IMG/VR virus record: IMGVR_UViG_3300033182_000487 | Location: 32,001-96,000 of that record | Reading direction: 5' to 3' (one strand) | Length of the DNA: 64,000 nt | Source: a virus | Part shown: positions 47,369 to 57,069 of the stretch, in pieces | Numbering within the stretch: position 1 is the first letter of the stretch | How the letters are laid out: each line of letters begins with the position of its first letter | The notes under the pieces: model-generated | The model's input: only the letters and a program-made list of their open reading frames with translations | What the model was told of the DNA's origin: nothing | The model's database searches: none | Position numbers and translations under genes: made by a program

Positions 47369-48253
47369 ATGTCCCGCAAGACCGCAAAGGCTGACCTGAC
47401 TCCTGTTCGGCAGCGCACCCAGTATTCATGTATGGCAACCTCAATGAGCATGTGCCTCCGTGCTCTGGGCCACGAGTGCGACGAGGACGAGGTCAACAAG
47501 GTCATGGGCGCACGTCCCATGAAGGGCGCAGCGTGGGAGCAGGCGTTGGCCTGTGCCCAGCACTACGGATGCCGTGCGACCCTCACGTCACCCTCGACTG
47601 TGAAGCAGTTGAAGGAGTGGACCGACGCAGGCAAGCCCGTGATGATCGCGTGGAACCCCGAGGGCCGCGAGTGGTCCCACGCCAGCGTGGTGTTCGACGT
47701 GGACGACGACTTGAACGTCTACGTCGCTGACCCCAACATCCCTGATCCCGACGAGACTGTCCGGGTTGTGCCCAAGGGCGAGTTCTACAAAAAGTGGTAC
47801 GAGAAGTGGCCCAACTACCTCGTCCGCCGACCTGCGATGATGATCGACCGTGAGATCACCGCTGATGGGAGACAGGTCATGGCGTCTGCCGAGCGCGTGG
47901 CCTCGGCCTTCGCCCGCAGGGCTGCACAGGCGCGGATCGACAACAAGTTGAAGCGCGAGATCAACGCACGGATGCGTCGTCTCGGCCTCGACGGCAACGG
48001 ACGCTTCCGCAAGCCCGACCGTGGCTTCGCAGCCGCCGTGGACGCCATGCAGGAGCACGGAGTCACGCTGGACGGTGTGGTCAGCGCCCGTGAGTTCTCT
48101 GCACGACCCAGTGGCACCGTCCGCGCCGACATCGCCTTCATCGACGGCTCCCAGCCTTATGCGCCGGGCATCACCATCTCCAACTCCATCCTCTATCTCC
48201 AGTACACGGAAGTCAGCGACGACCGGTTTGAGGTAGTGGCCTACCTGTCGTAG
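47369..48253 (+). CDS. C39-like cysteine peptidase fused to a second module
   Basis: VRQ...SC..TS..M, H..VV, YVADP; linker VMAS-AERVAS-AFARRAA. Confidence 0.75.
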   Translation: MSRKTAKADLTPVRQRTQYSCMATSMSMCLRALGHECDEDEVNKVMGARPMKGAAWEQALACAQHYGCRATLTSPSTVKQLKEWTDAGKPVMIAWNPEGREWSHASVVFDVDDDLNVYVADPNIPDPDETVRVVPKGEFYKKWYEKWPNYLVRRPAMMIDREITADGRQVMASAERVASAFARRAAQARIDNKLKREINARMRRLGLDGNGRFRKPDRGFAAAVDAMQEHGVTLDGVVSAREFSARPSGTVRADIAFIDGSQPYAPGITISNSILYLQYTEVSDDRFEVVAYLS

Positions 48254-48261
48254 AGGACGCC

Positions 48262-48702
48262 ATGACCACGAAGCACGCGAAGAAAAGCAAGCGCAAGGAC
48301 CGCACTACCGAGGTCCGCACGGACAAGAAGGATCCCAACAAGGTCCGTGGCAAGGCCCCCTCTCGTCGGAACCCCCACGCTCTTGATGCCCTGTTGAACC
48401 GACCCGCCGGGCCTTCGGACAAGCGCAAGCAACGCACGAAGCGCAAGCGCAGCGTTCCCCGTGGGAATACCAAGCACAAGAAGGACTTGCGGCGGGAGCG
48501 GTACGCTTCGGCTGCTCGCGTGGCGACCATGTACCTGCTGTCGCGGAAGTCGAACGAACTGATCCGCCTCAAGTACAACAACCTCGGGGATTTCGGGGGC
48601 ACTGACCCCATCCAGGACTCGTGGATTCTGGAGGTCGCTGGCCCCTACGAGGCCATGCAGAGTTGGCAGGCTGGCGGTCTTCCGACCTTGAGGAGGGGCT
48701 AA
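48262..48702 (+). CDS. Highly basic protein
   Basis: Lys/Arg-rich N-terminal half; ASAARVATMYL tag. Confidence 0.55.
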   Translation: MTTKHAKKSKRKDRTTEVRTDKKDPNKVRGKAPSRRNPHALDALLNRPAGPSDKRKQRTKRKRSVPRGNTKHKKDLRRERYASAARVATMYLLSRKSNELIRLKYNNLGDFGGTDPIQDSWILEVAGPYEAMQSWQAGGLPTLRRG

Positions 48703-49286
48703 TGTCCAAGGTGATCTCAGCGCAGCGCGCCTTCACGATGCTTGTGGGCACTCTCCGTCAAGGGAGTGATCCCAGCCTCGGACCCGCAGGCAACCCCGAC
48801 GTGACCCGCTCGACTGCCACCATGCAGTACATGCCCGAGGTGGCTGTGCGTGGTGGACCCCGCACGGTGTCGCTCAACAACGATGCCCGTGGTCTGACCA
48901 CCTACCGAGGGAACCTCCTGGAGCCCTCCGGTCTGGGTCCACAGAACTCGACGGGCACTGTCCAGTTGACCTCGGTTGCCTTCGACGGCCCCACGAGCCT
49001 GATCCTGGGTCAGTACACGCTGACCACGGACGAGGACTTCGTGGTCACGGCTGCCGTCGCCAGCACCACGGCGAACCTCACGACCGCCATCAACTCCTTG
49101 CCCGACTACTCGGCTGTGGATGATGGGGTGGACACCATCACCATCACCGGCCCCGTGGGTCTCACGGGTAACGTGATCGAGTTCCGGGCCGCTGGTGTGT
49201 CTCCCTACCACTTCACGCTGGCACCCGCAGACGGGTCGCTTGACGGGGCCGAGCCCACGATTGGACCCTGGACCTTCACGTCATAG
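48702..49286 (+). CDS. Hypothetical structural protein
   Basis: Thr/Gly/Ala-rich, TANL..AIN pattern. Confidence 0.6.
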   Translation: MSKVISAQRAFTMLVGTLRQGSDPSLGPAGNPDVTRSTATMQYMPEVAVRGGPRTVSLNNDARGLTTYRGNLLEPSGLGPQNSTGTVQLTSVAFDGPTSLILGQYTLTTDEDFVVTAAVASTTANLTTAINSLPDYSAVDDGVDTITITGPVGLTGNVIEFRAAGVSPYHFTLAPADGSLDGAEPTIGPWTFTS

Positions 49287-49294
49287 GAGATCAC

Positions 49295-49984
49295 ATGTCC
49301 GCACCGAAGCGCCAGACGAAGGAAGACCGCGAGTACATCCTCGCCAACCTTCCCGGCGGGGTACGGCGCGTGCAGGTCATCGAGCCCAACGGCAAGCAGG
49401 TGTACAAGCGCCCGGACGACGTGGATGTGGTCCGGGACCAGATCATGCTCGCCAGCGACGGGACGCCCATCTGCATGAGGGGCAAGCCTGGCCGCAAGCC
49501 GAAGGCTCAGTTGAACCCCGTGACCCCACAGATCGCAGAGGTCGAGCAGGCCCGGCAGGAGCACATTTCTCAAGACCCTCTCCGCCACGCGGCGAAGAAG
49601 GACGCCGAGAGCGACGAGGTGCTCAACGCCATCATCGCTGCCATGGCCGACGAGGCTGCCGCCATCGAGTTTGAGCGTGGCGAGGCTGCCCGGCACGGAC
49701 AGGACACCGCCAACCACTCAGCCAAACGTGCGCGAGTGCTCAAGGGCATGGCGGACACCTGGTTGAAGCGGAAGCAGCAGATTGAGGGTGGGATCATCGA
49801 CCTCGACTCCCCCGCCTTTGCGGCCCTGTTCGGCATGATCCTGGAGACCTTCAAGGGAGCCATGGCCGACGCCGGAACCCGCCCCGAGCACATCGAGACC
49901 ATCTTCGCCAAACTGGTGAAGGAACTGGACGAGGACTCGTGGCGTGAGGAAGCGAAAGCGCGCATGAAGGAGAAGGTGCGCTGA
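49295..49984 (+). CDS. Possible terminase small subunit
   Basis: Helical protein with KPGRKPK, just upstream of terL. Positional inference only. Confidence 0.4.
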   Translation: MSAPKRQTKEDREYILANLPGGVRRVQVIEPNGKQVYKRPDDVDVVRDQIMLASDGTPICMRGKPGRKPKAQLNPVTPQIAEVEQARQEHISQDPLRHAAKKDAESDEVLNAIIAAMADEAAAIEFERGEAARHGQDTANHSAKRARVLKGMADTWLKRKQQIEGGIIDLDSPAFAALFGMILETFKGAMADAGTRPEHIETIFAKLVKELDEDSWREEAKARMKEKVR

Positions 49985-50172
49985 TGCCGACGAACGTGGT
50001 CAAGACCCCCGAGGATGAACGCCTGTGGCAGAAGGCTAAGACCCGTGCGAAGGAGCAGGGCAAGGCCGACAACTGCGGCTACATCATGGGCATCTACAAG
50101 CAGATGAACTCCGACCGCTTCAAGAAATCCGCACGTCGGGTCGCGCAGCGGTACGCCGCAAAGGCCCGGTGA
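49984..50172 (+). CDS. Small basic protein with C-terminal SARRVAQRYA tag
   Basis: Coupled ORF; DERLW.KAK..YIMGIYK.M. Confidence 0.65.
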   Translation: MPTNVVKTPEDERLWQKAKTRAKEQGKADNCGYIMGIYKQMNSDRFKKSARRVAQRYAAKAR

Positions 50173-50175
50173 CCG

Positions 50176-52137
50176 ATGGGTCTGGCTGACATCGCCGCCG
50201 CAGTCGGTCGGCGGTCCTCTACGTCTGACTCCGATGCCGTAGACATCATCACGTTCATCGAGGCTCCGTGGGGTCTCGGGCTCAAACTGTTCCCGGTGCA
50301 GAGGATCATCCTCAAGGCGCACTATGGAATGGCACTGGACGACAACCAACTGGGCATCCCCCTGGACATCCCGGTTGACCAGACGCACCCCCAGTGGAAC
50401 GACTCGTGGGCCGAGCACCTGGACGACGAGGGCTACTACAAGTGGCGCATCGTGGTCACCGACTTCCGCCGCGAGAACACCGAGTGCATGACAGAGGCGG
50501 GCTACCTCCGCTTCCTCTACGACGAGGGCCGGTGCAACATCCGGGAGGTCGTGCCCGGCCACCAGCGCCGGGAGATGGTCCTGTCCGTGGGCCGACGGTC
50601 CGGCAAGACCCTGATCACATCGTGCGTGGTCGCCTACGAGACGTACAGGCTGCTGCTCAAGGGCAACCCCCAGAAGGTCTACGGCTCGTCCCAGAGCAAC
50701 GTGATCCAGTTGATCTCGGTCGCGACCGACCGGGATCAGGCCGGGCTGCTGTACCGCGAAGCCAGCGGCCACTTCACGAAGTGCGACTTCTTCAAGCCCT
50801 ACGCAGCCAACGCCACTCAGTCCTTCGCGACGTTCCAGACCCCGTTCGACATCGAGCGGTACGGCTCCTACGCGGACAACCAGAAGGCCAGATACTCCAT
50901 CAACGTCACCTTCCGCTCCTGCGTGGCGAAGGGGCTCCGTGGTGGTGCCAACCTCCTGGTCGCGCTCGACGAGGTTGCTCACTTCGGGGAGAAGGGGCAG
51001 GCCAGTGCCGACGAGGTCTACCAGGCGGTCGAGCCGAGCACTCGTACATTTAGTCCCAAAGATCCAAAAAACCCAACCCGCCCGATTGGTGAGAACGAGG
51101 GTCGGATCATCCTGATCTCGTCACCGCTGGGCAAGCAGGGCCTTTTCTACAAGCAGTACCGGTTGGGCTTCGGCAACAACAAGGCCGCCGACAACCTGAT
51201 CTGCATCCAGGCCCCGACCTGGGAGGTCAACCCGACGGTGCCTGCCGAGACGTTCGTGGCGTCCTACCTCAAAGACCCCAACGTCTTCTTCACCGAGTTC
51301 GGGGCCGAGTTTAGCGACCGCACGAAGGGGTGGATCACGGACAAGGCTGATCTCGTCGCCTGCATCGACCCAGACCTGCGCCCGAAGCACAGTGCCCCTG
51401 CCCGGATGCCCCACTTCATGGGCCTCGACGTCGCGTTGGTGGGCGACTACACGTCCGTCGCCATCGGACACAACGACGCCAACGGCAACGTGGTCCTCGA
51501 CTACATCGACAGGATCAAGGCGGGCGAGGGGGACTACGAGCACCTCGACCGACTGGAGTTCGACGACGTGGCCGACTGGGTCTATGACCTCAGCCGCAAG
51601 TTCTACATCAGCGAGGGCATGTTCGACCAATGGTCCGGCATCCCCATGGAGCAGGCGTTGAAGAAGCGCGGCCTCTCCACGCTCAAGTCGGTCCACCACA
51701 CCCGGAACCTGTCGAGCCAGATGTTCCAGAACTTCAAGAACCTCATGCTCGACAAGAAGATGACCCTGTACGACTGGCCCATCCCGGACGGGGATGACCA
51801 CTCGGCTCACATCGCCGAGTTGCTGGAACTCCAGGCCGAGTTCATCAGCAAGTACATCATCAAGGTCGAGGCCCCCAAGGTCGAAGGCAAGCACGACGAC
51901 CTCTCGGACGCCCTGGTCCGCATGGTGTGGGTCGCCACGAACAACTCGGCGAAGCGGGTAGTCCTCGCCGGGCACCGCCGAGGGAACATGGGCCCCTCGG
52001 CTTCCTCTGGGGCGGGATCACGGTTCGGTCGTGTCCCTACCTCGCTCAAGGGTCGCTCTGGCTCTCACCCGGACCGCCAGATCCCGAAGACGCGGCGCGG
52101 GGGTGGACGAGGTTGCGGCGGTTCCGGTAGGCGGTAG
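50176..52137 (+). CDS. terL: Terminase large subunit
   Basis: LFPVQ, GRRSGKT, ALDEVAH, ISSP, MGLDVA, HDDLSDA. Confidence 0.92.
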   Translation: MGLADIAAAVGRRSSTSDSDAVDIITFIEAPWGLGLKLFPVQRIILKAHYGMALDDNQLGIPLDIPVDQTHPQWNDSWAEHLDDEGYYKWRIVVTDFRRENTECMTEAGYLRFLYDEGRCNIREVVPGHQRREMVLSVGRRSGKTLITSCVVAYETYRLLLKGNPQKVYGSSQSNVIQLISVATDRDQAGLLYREASGHFTKCDFFKPYAANATQSFATFQTPFDIERYGSYADNQKARYSINVTFRSCVAKGLRGGANLLVALDEVAHFGEKGQASADEVYQAVEPSTRTFSPKDPKNPTRPIGENEGRIILISSPLGKQGLFYKQYRLGFGNNKAADNLICIQAPTWEVNPTVPAETFVASYLKDPNVFFTEFGAEFSDRTKGWITDKADLVACIDPDLRPKHSAPARMPHFMGLDVALVGDYTSVAIGHNDANGNVVLDYIDRIKAGEGDYEHLDRLEFDDVADWVYDLSRKFYISEGMFDQWSGIPMEQALKKRGLSTLKSVHHTRNLSSQMFQNFKNLMLDKKMTLYDWPIPDGDDHSAHIAELLELQAEFISKYIIKVEAPKVEGKHDDLSDALVRMVWVATNNSAKRVVLAGHRRGNMGPSASSGAGSRFGRVPTSLKGRSGSHPDRQIPKTRRGGGRGCGGSGRR

Positions 52138-52146
52138 GGTGCCTAT
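52132..52146 (+). promoter_or_regulatory. Late-class promoter motif
   Basis: CGGTAG-ggtgc-CTAT. Confidence 0.7.
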
Positions 52147-52171
52147 CCCTCCCTGCGGTTAGGAGACACGC

Positions 52172-52747
52172 ATGGGCACCTTCATTCAGAACTCAAACCT
52201 GGACGATGCTGGCGACGTCGAGTTGATGTTCCCCGGCGACCGGATGCCTGTGATCGCAGGCCCGACCCTCCGCGCCAACGGCTGGAGGGGTGGCATCTTC
52301 GTCATGTACGTCACGGGCACGGACGACTTCACCGTCGAGGCCAGCGACGGCAACATGGCGACAGGGTTCATCCTGTTCCAGAGCGAGGACTACCAACTGA
52401 CCCCGCCGGACGGGACGGGTCCGGGATCACCGCAGAACTTCACGTCGCAGCAGTTCCTCAACCCCACGGGCGGGAACAACGTCGTCACCGTCATCAACGG
52501 AGGCACCCGCGCCTACTTCCGGGTGTTTGAGACCGTCGCCTTGAACGGCGCTGGGGCGAGGGCAGGCGGACCCATCACCTACACCCTCAACGAGGACTTG
52601 AAGGTGAGTGAGAGCGGCCTCCTGTGCAACGACTCGGACGTGAACCTCGCTGCTGCTGGAGTCACGACACCTCAAGTCGTCGGTATTGTGTCTGCGGTGC
52701 CCTCGGCTGCCAACGGCAACCGGCTGTGCCTTGACATGAAGTACTGA
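52172..52747 (+). CDS. Probable head decoration/structural protein
   Basis: Late motif; lies between terminase and portal; Y...L.VS..GLL..VG.V..P pattern. Confidence 0.5.
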   Translation: MGTFIQNSNLDDAGDVELMFPGDRMPVIAGPTLRANGWRGGIFVMYVTGTDDFTVEASDGNMATGFILFQSEDYQLTPPDGTGPGSPQNFTSQQFLNPTGGNNVVTVINGGTRAYFRVFETVALNGAGARAGGPITYTLNEDLKVSESGLLCNDSDVNLAAAGVTTPQVVGIVSAVPSAANGNRLCLDMKY

Positions 52748-52755
52748 GGTTTTCC

Positions 52756-53073
52756 TTGTCCCGTCTGCGTGCCACATTGTCTCCGACCGAGACAGACCGA
52801 GAGATTCAACTGGCCCTCGACCGAGCGGCCCGTGAGATCGAGTCTGCTCTCCGCGTGGCGTCGTCCGCTCCCATGGAGAGACATCGCAAGCGCGGCACGT
52901 TGAGTGACCTCCAGGGGGCACTGGACCAGATCACTCGGGTTCGGTATCTCAGCCCGGCGCGTCCCGAGCGCGAGTCCTACGAGGACTGGAAGGCGCGGCA
53001 TGACAAGCGGGATCAAGAGCGGCGTGCGCGGCGCGAGCAGCGCGCTCTGAGGGAGCAGACCGATGTCGGATAA
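52756..53073 (+). CDS. Hypothetical basic protein
   Basis: TTG start; fills the gap before the portal gene. Confidence 0.45.
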   Translation: MSRLRATLSPTETDREIQLALDRAAREIESALRVASSAPMERHRKRGTLSDLQGALDQITRVRYLSPARPERESYEDWKARHDKRDQERRARREQRALREQTDVG

Positions 53074-54766
53074 GAACGAGGGCCAGCCCGTCGGGAAGGT
53101 CCGCAACGGCGACGGGAAGAAGAAGGCGAAGACAGGCAAGCCTCGCAAGATCACGTCGTCCATGATGCGGGCGAAGACCGCGTCCTTCGGAGCCCTCGGC
53201 AACGGTGGGTCCATGGAGGGCATCGGCGGCAACTTCTACTCGCCTGAGTTGTCCACCGACTTCCTGGAGTTGCCTCAGAGCCTCCACGAGCAGTGGAACT
53301 ACTACCGCTTCTTCTACCGCACGGAGCCCTTCGTGGGTCAGGCGGTGGACCTCCACACGGAACTGCCGATCAGCAAGGTCCGCATCGGCATGGCGAAGGC
53401 GAAGAACCGTGATCTCGCCGTGGCTGCGACCCGCTTCTGCGAGCGTTGGGCGCAGCGCATCAACCTGCTCGACCGCCTCCTGACCATCACCCACGAGCGG
53501 AACCTGATCGGGGTGGTGAACATCTGGTGCGAGGACGCCAACGAGGAGATGCCTCGTGAGGTCCGCGAGGAGGAGGTCCGCATCCTCAAGGAAGACGGCG
53601 AGGCCGTCGAGGAATGGCAACTCCGAGGAGATGCCGACGAGCGCGCCGTGGCGTGGCTCAAGAAGAACTACAAGGGCTGGACCAGTGTGCGGGTGTTGCC
53701 ACCCGAGCAGATCAAGATGCAGTCGTTCAACTTCACGGACGAGCGCATCTTTGAGTTGATCCCGGACAGCAAGACCAAGGCCATCATCGAGAAGTACCAG
53801 CAGGGCGACAAGGACGCGAAGCGCATCGTGGAGTCGATGCCTCCTGCTGTGGTCAAGGCGGTCGTCGAGGGGTCCAACATCCCGCTCAACACTGACCCCA
53901 TGGCGGGGTCATACATCTACTGTCTGGTGAACCGGAAGTCCGACTACGACCCGGAGGGCCGCTCCATCCTGGGTCGGTGCATGAGGATCCTCGTGTACCG
54001 GGACAAACTCCGGCAGGCCCAGACCAGCATCGCCTCCCGGCACATGACTCCGATTCGGATCGTCTACGGGGAAGACCTCGACGCGGCTGATGTCGAGGCG
54101 TTGCGCGAGCAAGTGGACATGGCCCTGCAAGACCCTGACTACTCCATCATCGCGAACTTCCAGATCAACTGGGAGGAGATGGGTGCGGACCAGCGGTTGC
54201 TCGACCTCAATGGCGAGTACGACCTGACCGACCGCCAGTTGTACGCGGGCCTCGGGGTCACCGAGGGGTTGCTCTCGGGTGAGTCCTCCTACAGCGGGGA
54301 CAGGATCAACCTGGAGGTCATCAACACCCGGTACATGCTCCTGCGCGAGCAGTTGCAGGACTTCGTCGAGAAGCACCTGTTTGAGCCGATGTGCCGTCGC
54401 ATGGGTTTCATCGAGGAGGACGAGGACGGAGAGGAGCGCGTCGTCGTGCCCACGCTGTCGTTCACCCGACTGGCTCTGCGGGACAACCGAGACACCTTCG
54501 ACGCCCTGTACAACCTGTACCAGAAGGGCTCTCTTGACGTGGACACCATCCTGGAGTTGCTCAACCTCGACCCCGTGGCGGTGCGCGAACGCATCGAGCG
54601 CGACCTGTTCACGGTCAACGACCCCACGTTCAACGAGGTGCTGCGCGGCGTCTACGGCGACACGGGCCGGGCGATTGCCGAGAACTCCGACGCTGCCGAG
54701 AAGATCGCGAAGGTGCTGGGGCTCAAGTACGAGCCACCGAAGGAGGAAGGCGGGGGCCGCTTCTGA
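53063..54766 (+). CDS. Portal protein
   Basis: FY..EPFV..AVDLH.ELP, GRSIL.R, P..IV, GLGV...LL.GE.SYS; located after terL. Confidence 0.8.
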   Translation: MSDKNEGQPVGKVRNGDGKKKAKTGKPRKITSSMMRAKTASFGALGNGGSMEGIGGNFYSPELSTDFLELPQSLHEQWNYYRFFYRTEPFVGQAVDLHTELPISKVRIGMAKAKNRDLAVAATRFCERWAQRINLLDRLLTITHERNLIGVVNIWCEDANEEMPREVREEEVRILKEDGEAVEEWQLRGDADERAVAWLKKNYKGWTSVRVLPPEQIKMQSFNFTDERIFELIPDSKTKAIIEKYQQGDKDAKRIVESMPPAVVKAVVEGSNIPLNTDPMAGSYIYCLVNRKSDYDPEGRSILGRCMRILVYRDKLRQAQTSIASRHMTPIRIVYGEDLDAADVEALREQVDMALQDPDYSIIANFQINWEEMGADQRLLDLNGEYDLTDRQLYAGLGVTEGLLSGESSYSGDRINLEVINTRYMLLREQLQDFVEKHLFEPMCRRMGFIEEDEDGEERVVVPTLSFTRLALRDNRDTFDALYNLYQKGSLDVDTILELLNLDPVAVRERIERDLFTVNDPTFNEVLRGVYGDTGRAIAENSDAAEKIAKVLGLKYEPPKEEGGGRF

Positions 54767-54768
54767 TT

Positions 54769-54783
54769 CGGTAGTCCGCCTAT
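54769..54783 (+). promoter_or_regulatory. Late-class promoter motif
   Basis: CGGTAG-tccgc-CTAT; another (CGGTAG-tgacg-CTAT) lies at 55446-55460. Confidence 0.7.
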
Positions 54784-54810
54784 CTCCCCTGACTCCACAA
54801 GGAGAGCACC

Positions 54811-55245
54811 ATGTTCAAGGCAAGCACACTTCGCCGCATCCTCGCTTCCGAGGGCATCCTCAAGACGGCGTATGCCAACACCCTGTCCTACATGGTGCAG
54901 TTGGGCAGTGATGCCGCGAACTACAATGCGACGGTGCGGGGGGAGGACAACATCCCCAACTACCGCGACACCGCCAAGCAGGTCGAGCGCCTGCTGGAGA
55001 ACAGCGTCCGCAACATCGACAGCATCACCTTCGATCCCCGTAGAGGGACCATGAAGGTGTACTTGACGTTCGACTCTGGGGCCGACGAGGAGAAGTCCTT
55101 GTACAAGGCCGAGGCTGATCTGGAGAAAGCCTTCAAGGAGATCGGCGAGGGGTACGACCACCACCGCTACTTCCTCTACGGAAGCATCGACGGCGACTTC
55201 TCCGACTTCAAGATCGAGGACGGGGCCATCGAGGCGTGGGGCTGA
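54811..55245 (+). CDS. LRxILASEGI-tagged hypothetical protein
   Basis: MFKASTLRRILASEGILKTA N-terminus. Confidence 0.7.
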   Translation: MFKASTLRRILASEGILKTAYANTLSYMVQLGSDAANYNATVRGEDNIPNYRDTAKQVERLLENSVRNIDSITFDPRRGTMKVYLTFDSGADEEKSLYKAEADLEKAFKEIGEGYDHHRYFLYGSIDGDFSDFKIEDGAIEAWG

Positions 55246-55246
55246 T

Positions 55247-55399
55247 TCAGAGGTTCTGGGTGTGCGCCCGTGCCTTTGAGTGGGTGAGGTACACCCCAAC
55301 CCACTCACCAGCACGGTTCCAGACGTGGAACCCGTCGAGCATCAGCCCGGTCGGTGTGGGCCACGTTCCGATCCAGATCAAGGGTGATGGGTACTGCAT
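55247..55399 (-). CDS. 50-aa hypothetical protein
   Basis: Hand translation MQYPSPLIWIGTWPTPTGLMLDGFHVWNRAGEWVG..; AGGAG RBS 6 nt upstream; fills the intergenic gap. Confidence 0.5.
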   Translation of the reverse strand: MQYPSPLIWIGTWPTPTGLMLDGFHVWNRAGEWVGVYLTHSKARAHTQNL

Positions 55400-55501
55400 G
55401 GTCAACTCCTCTCTGTGACTCTCCGCATAGACACAGTAGGGAGGTCGGTAGTGACGCTATACCCGTGGGGGCTGTAGACACTCACCGGGAGAAATCAGCA
55501 C

Positions 55502-57061
55502 ATGGCCCAGCCTCCCTTCCTCGTAGACGAACTCCAGATCGAACCTGGTAGCGGTGACACCCTCACCCTGTCGCGGGATTCGACCGACGGGGCGATGAAG
55601 TTCGTTGACGCTGTGCTCACCTCTGGTGCGCTGCTCCCGAATCTCGTCGGCCTGCGGAACGTCACCGGGGTCTACATCGTGGGCCGCGCTGGCGACGGTG
55701 CTCCCTACACGAGCATCCAGGACGCCCTCGACGCCGTGCCGGACTCGTCCAGCGCGGCGGCTCCCTCACTGATCATGATCCTGCCGGGGCTCTACACGGA
55801 GAACGTGACCATCCAGAAGGACGGCGCGTATCTCGTAGGACTCGGTGGGGTCACACTCACCAACAGCGGCGCGAGCGACACCGTCGAGATCAGCGCCGCC
55901 GTCACCACGACCCCGCAGGACGTCCTGCTCCGAGGACTCAAGATCCAGAACACCTCGGCGGCCCAGTCCTGCGTGAGGATCATCGGAGCCGACTCGTTCG
56001 CTTCGGGAACCGTCACAGTGAACGCTGCGCCACTGGCTACCGGGGACACCATCACCATCAACGGCATCGCGCTCACCGGAACTGCTGGGGTCAGGACGTC
56101 CGGGAGCAACGATTTCTCGGTCAGCAGCGGCACCACGGACGGCATCGCCGCTGAGATCGTCGCAGCCATCAACGACACGGCCAACTCGTTTGCCACGCTC
56201 GTCGAGGCATCCGCTCTGCTCAACGTGGTCACCTTCACGGCTGTCACCGCAGGGTCCGGCGGCAACGCCATCACCCTCGCTGTGAGCACCACGCCTCCGG
56301 GCAACATGACCCCATCAGGAGCCAACCTCGCTGGAGGCGGCTCTGCGGGCTCCCTCGTGGGCAACGGGGTCATCACCATCGAGGACTGTGAACTGCTGGC
56401 AGCGGGCGCTGCGGGCTACCAGGTCCGAGCCGACACCTCGGGCCACATCCGGGTCCGTGGCGGCACCTGGCGCGGCAGCGACAACGCCAGCCTCTCGACC
56501 GCTTCCAACTGCGCCCTCTTTTCGGTGGCCGACGTCGAGTGGGCCAACGACTTTGAGGTCGCCTACGACACCACGGCAGACCGCCCCGCCGACACCACCT
56601 GCGAGTACGAACTCCTGAGCGTGGGTCGGATCAACGGCGTCCTGTCCAACCTCTCGGGTGCAGGATCACTCGCCCTCAAGAACTGCCCTGAGACGGCAAG
56701 CGTGAGCCAGGACGGGGACCAGACCCTCAATGCCTACCTCTCCACGTTGGGCGCATTGACCCTCAACGGCACGACTGTGGCCACCCTCTACGGCAGCACA
56801 CGGACCACCGCGACTCAGGCTGGTGGCAGTCCCACGCTGGCCGAGCCTCACGTTCGGGGTGAGAGGGCCTTTGCGGCGTCCGCGTCCGAGACCATCACCT
56901 TCGACATCCCCGCCCCGGACACCAACTACACGGTGCTGGTGGAGAACCCGTCACCGACAAGCACTCTGGCGATTCGGAACAAGACAGCCACGGAGTTCCG
57001 CATCGAGGCCACCCCGGCCCTCACGGACACCGTTGGCTACTCTATCGTCCGCAGCCTGTAG
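55502..57061 (+). CDS. Fibre/spike-like structural protein with a beta-helix-type entry motif
   Basis: YTSIQDALDA..I.PGLY.ENV; C-terminal module shared with 28614. Confidence 0.65.
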   Translation: MAQPPFLVDELQIEPGSGDTLTLSRDSTDGAMKFVDAVLTSGALLPNLVGLRNVTGVYIVGRAGDGAPYTSIQDALDAVPDSSSAAAPSLIMILPGLYTENVTIQKDGAYLVGLGGVTLTNSGASDTVEISAAVTTTPQDVLLRGLKIQNTSAAQSCVRIIGADSFASGTVTVNAAPLATGDTITINGIALTGTAGVRTSGSNDFSVSSGTTDGIAAEIVAAINDTANSFATLVEASALLNVVTFTAVTAGSGGNAITLAVSTTPPGNMTPSGANLAGGGSAGSLVGNGVITIEDCELLAAGAAGYQVRADTSGHIRVRGGTWRGSDNASLSTASNCALFSVADVEWANDFEVAYDTTADRPADTTCEYELLSVGRINGVLSNLSGAGSLALKNCPETASVSQDGDQTLNAYLSTLGALTLNGTTVATLYGSTRTTATQAGGSPTLAEPHVRGERAFAASASETITFDIPAPDTNYTVLVENPSPTSTLAIRNKTATEFRIEATPALTDTVGYSIVRSL

Positions 57062-57069
57062 GAGATCAC

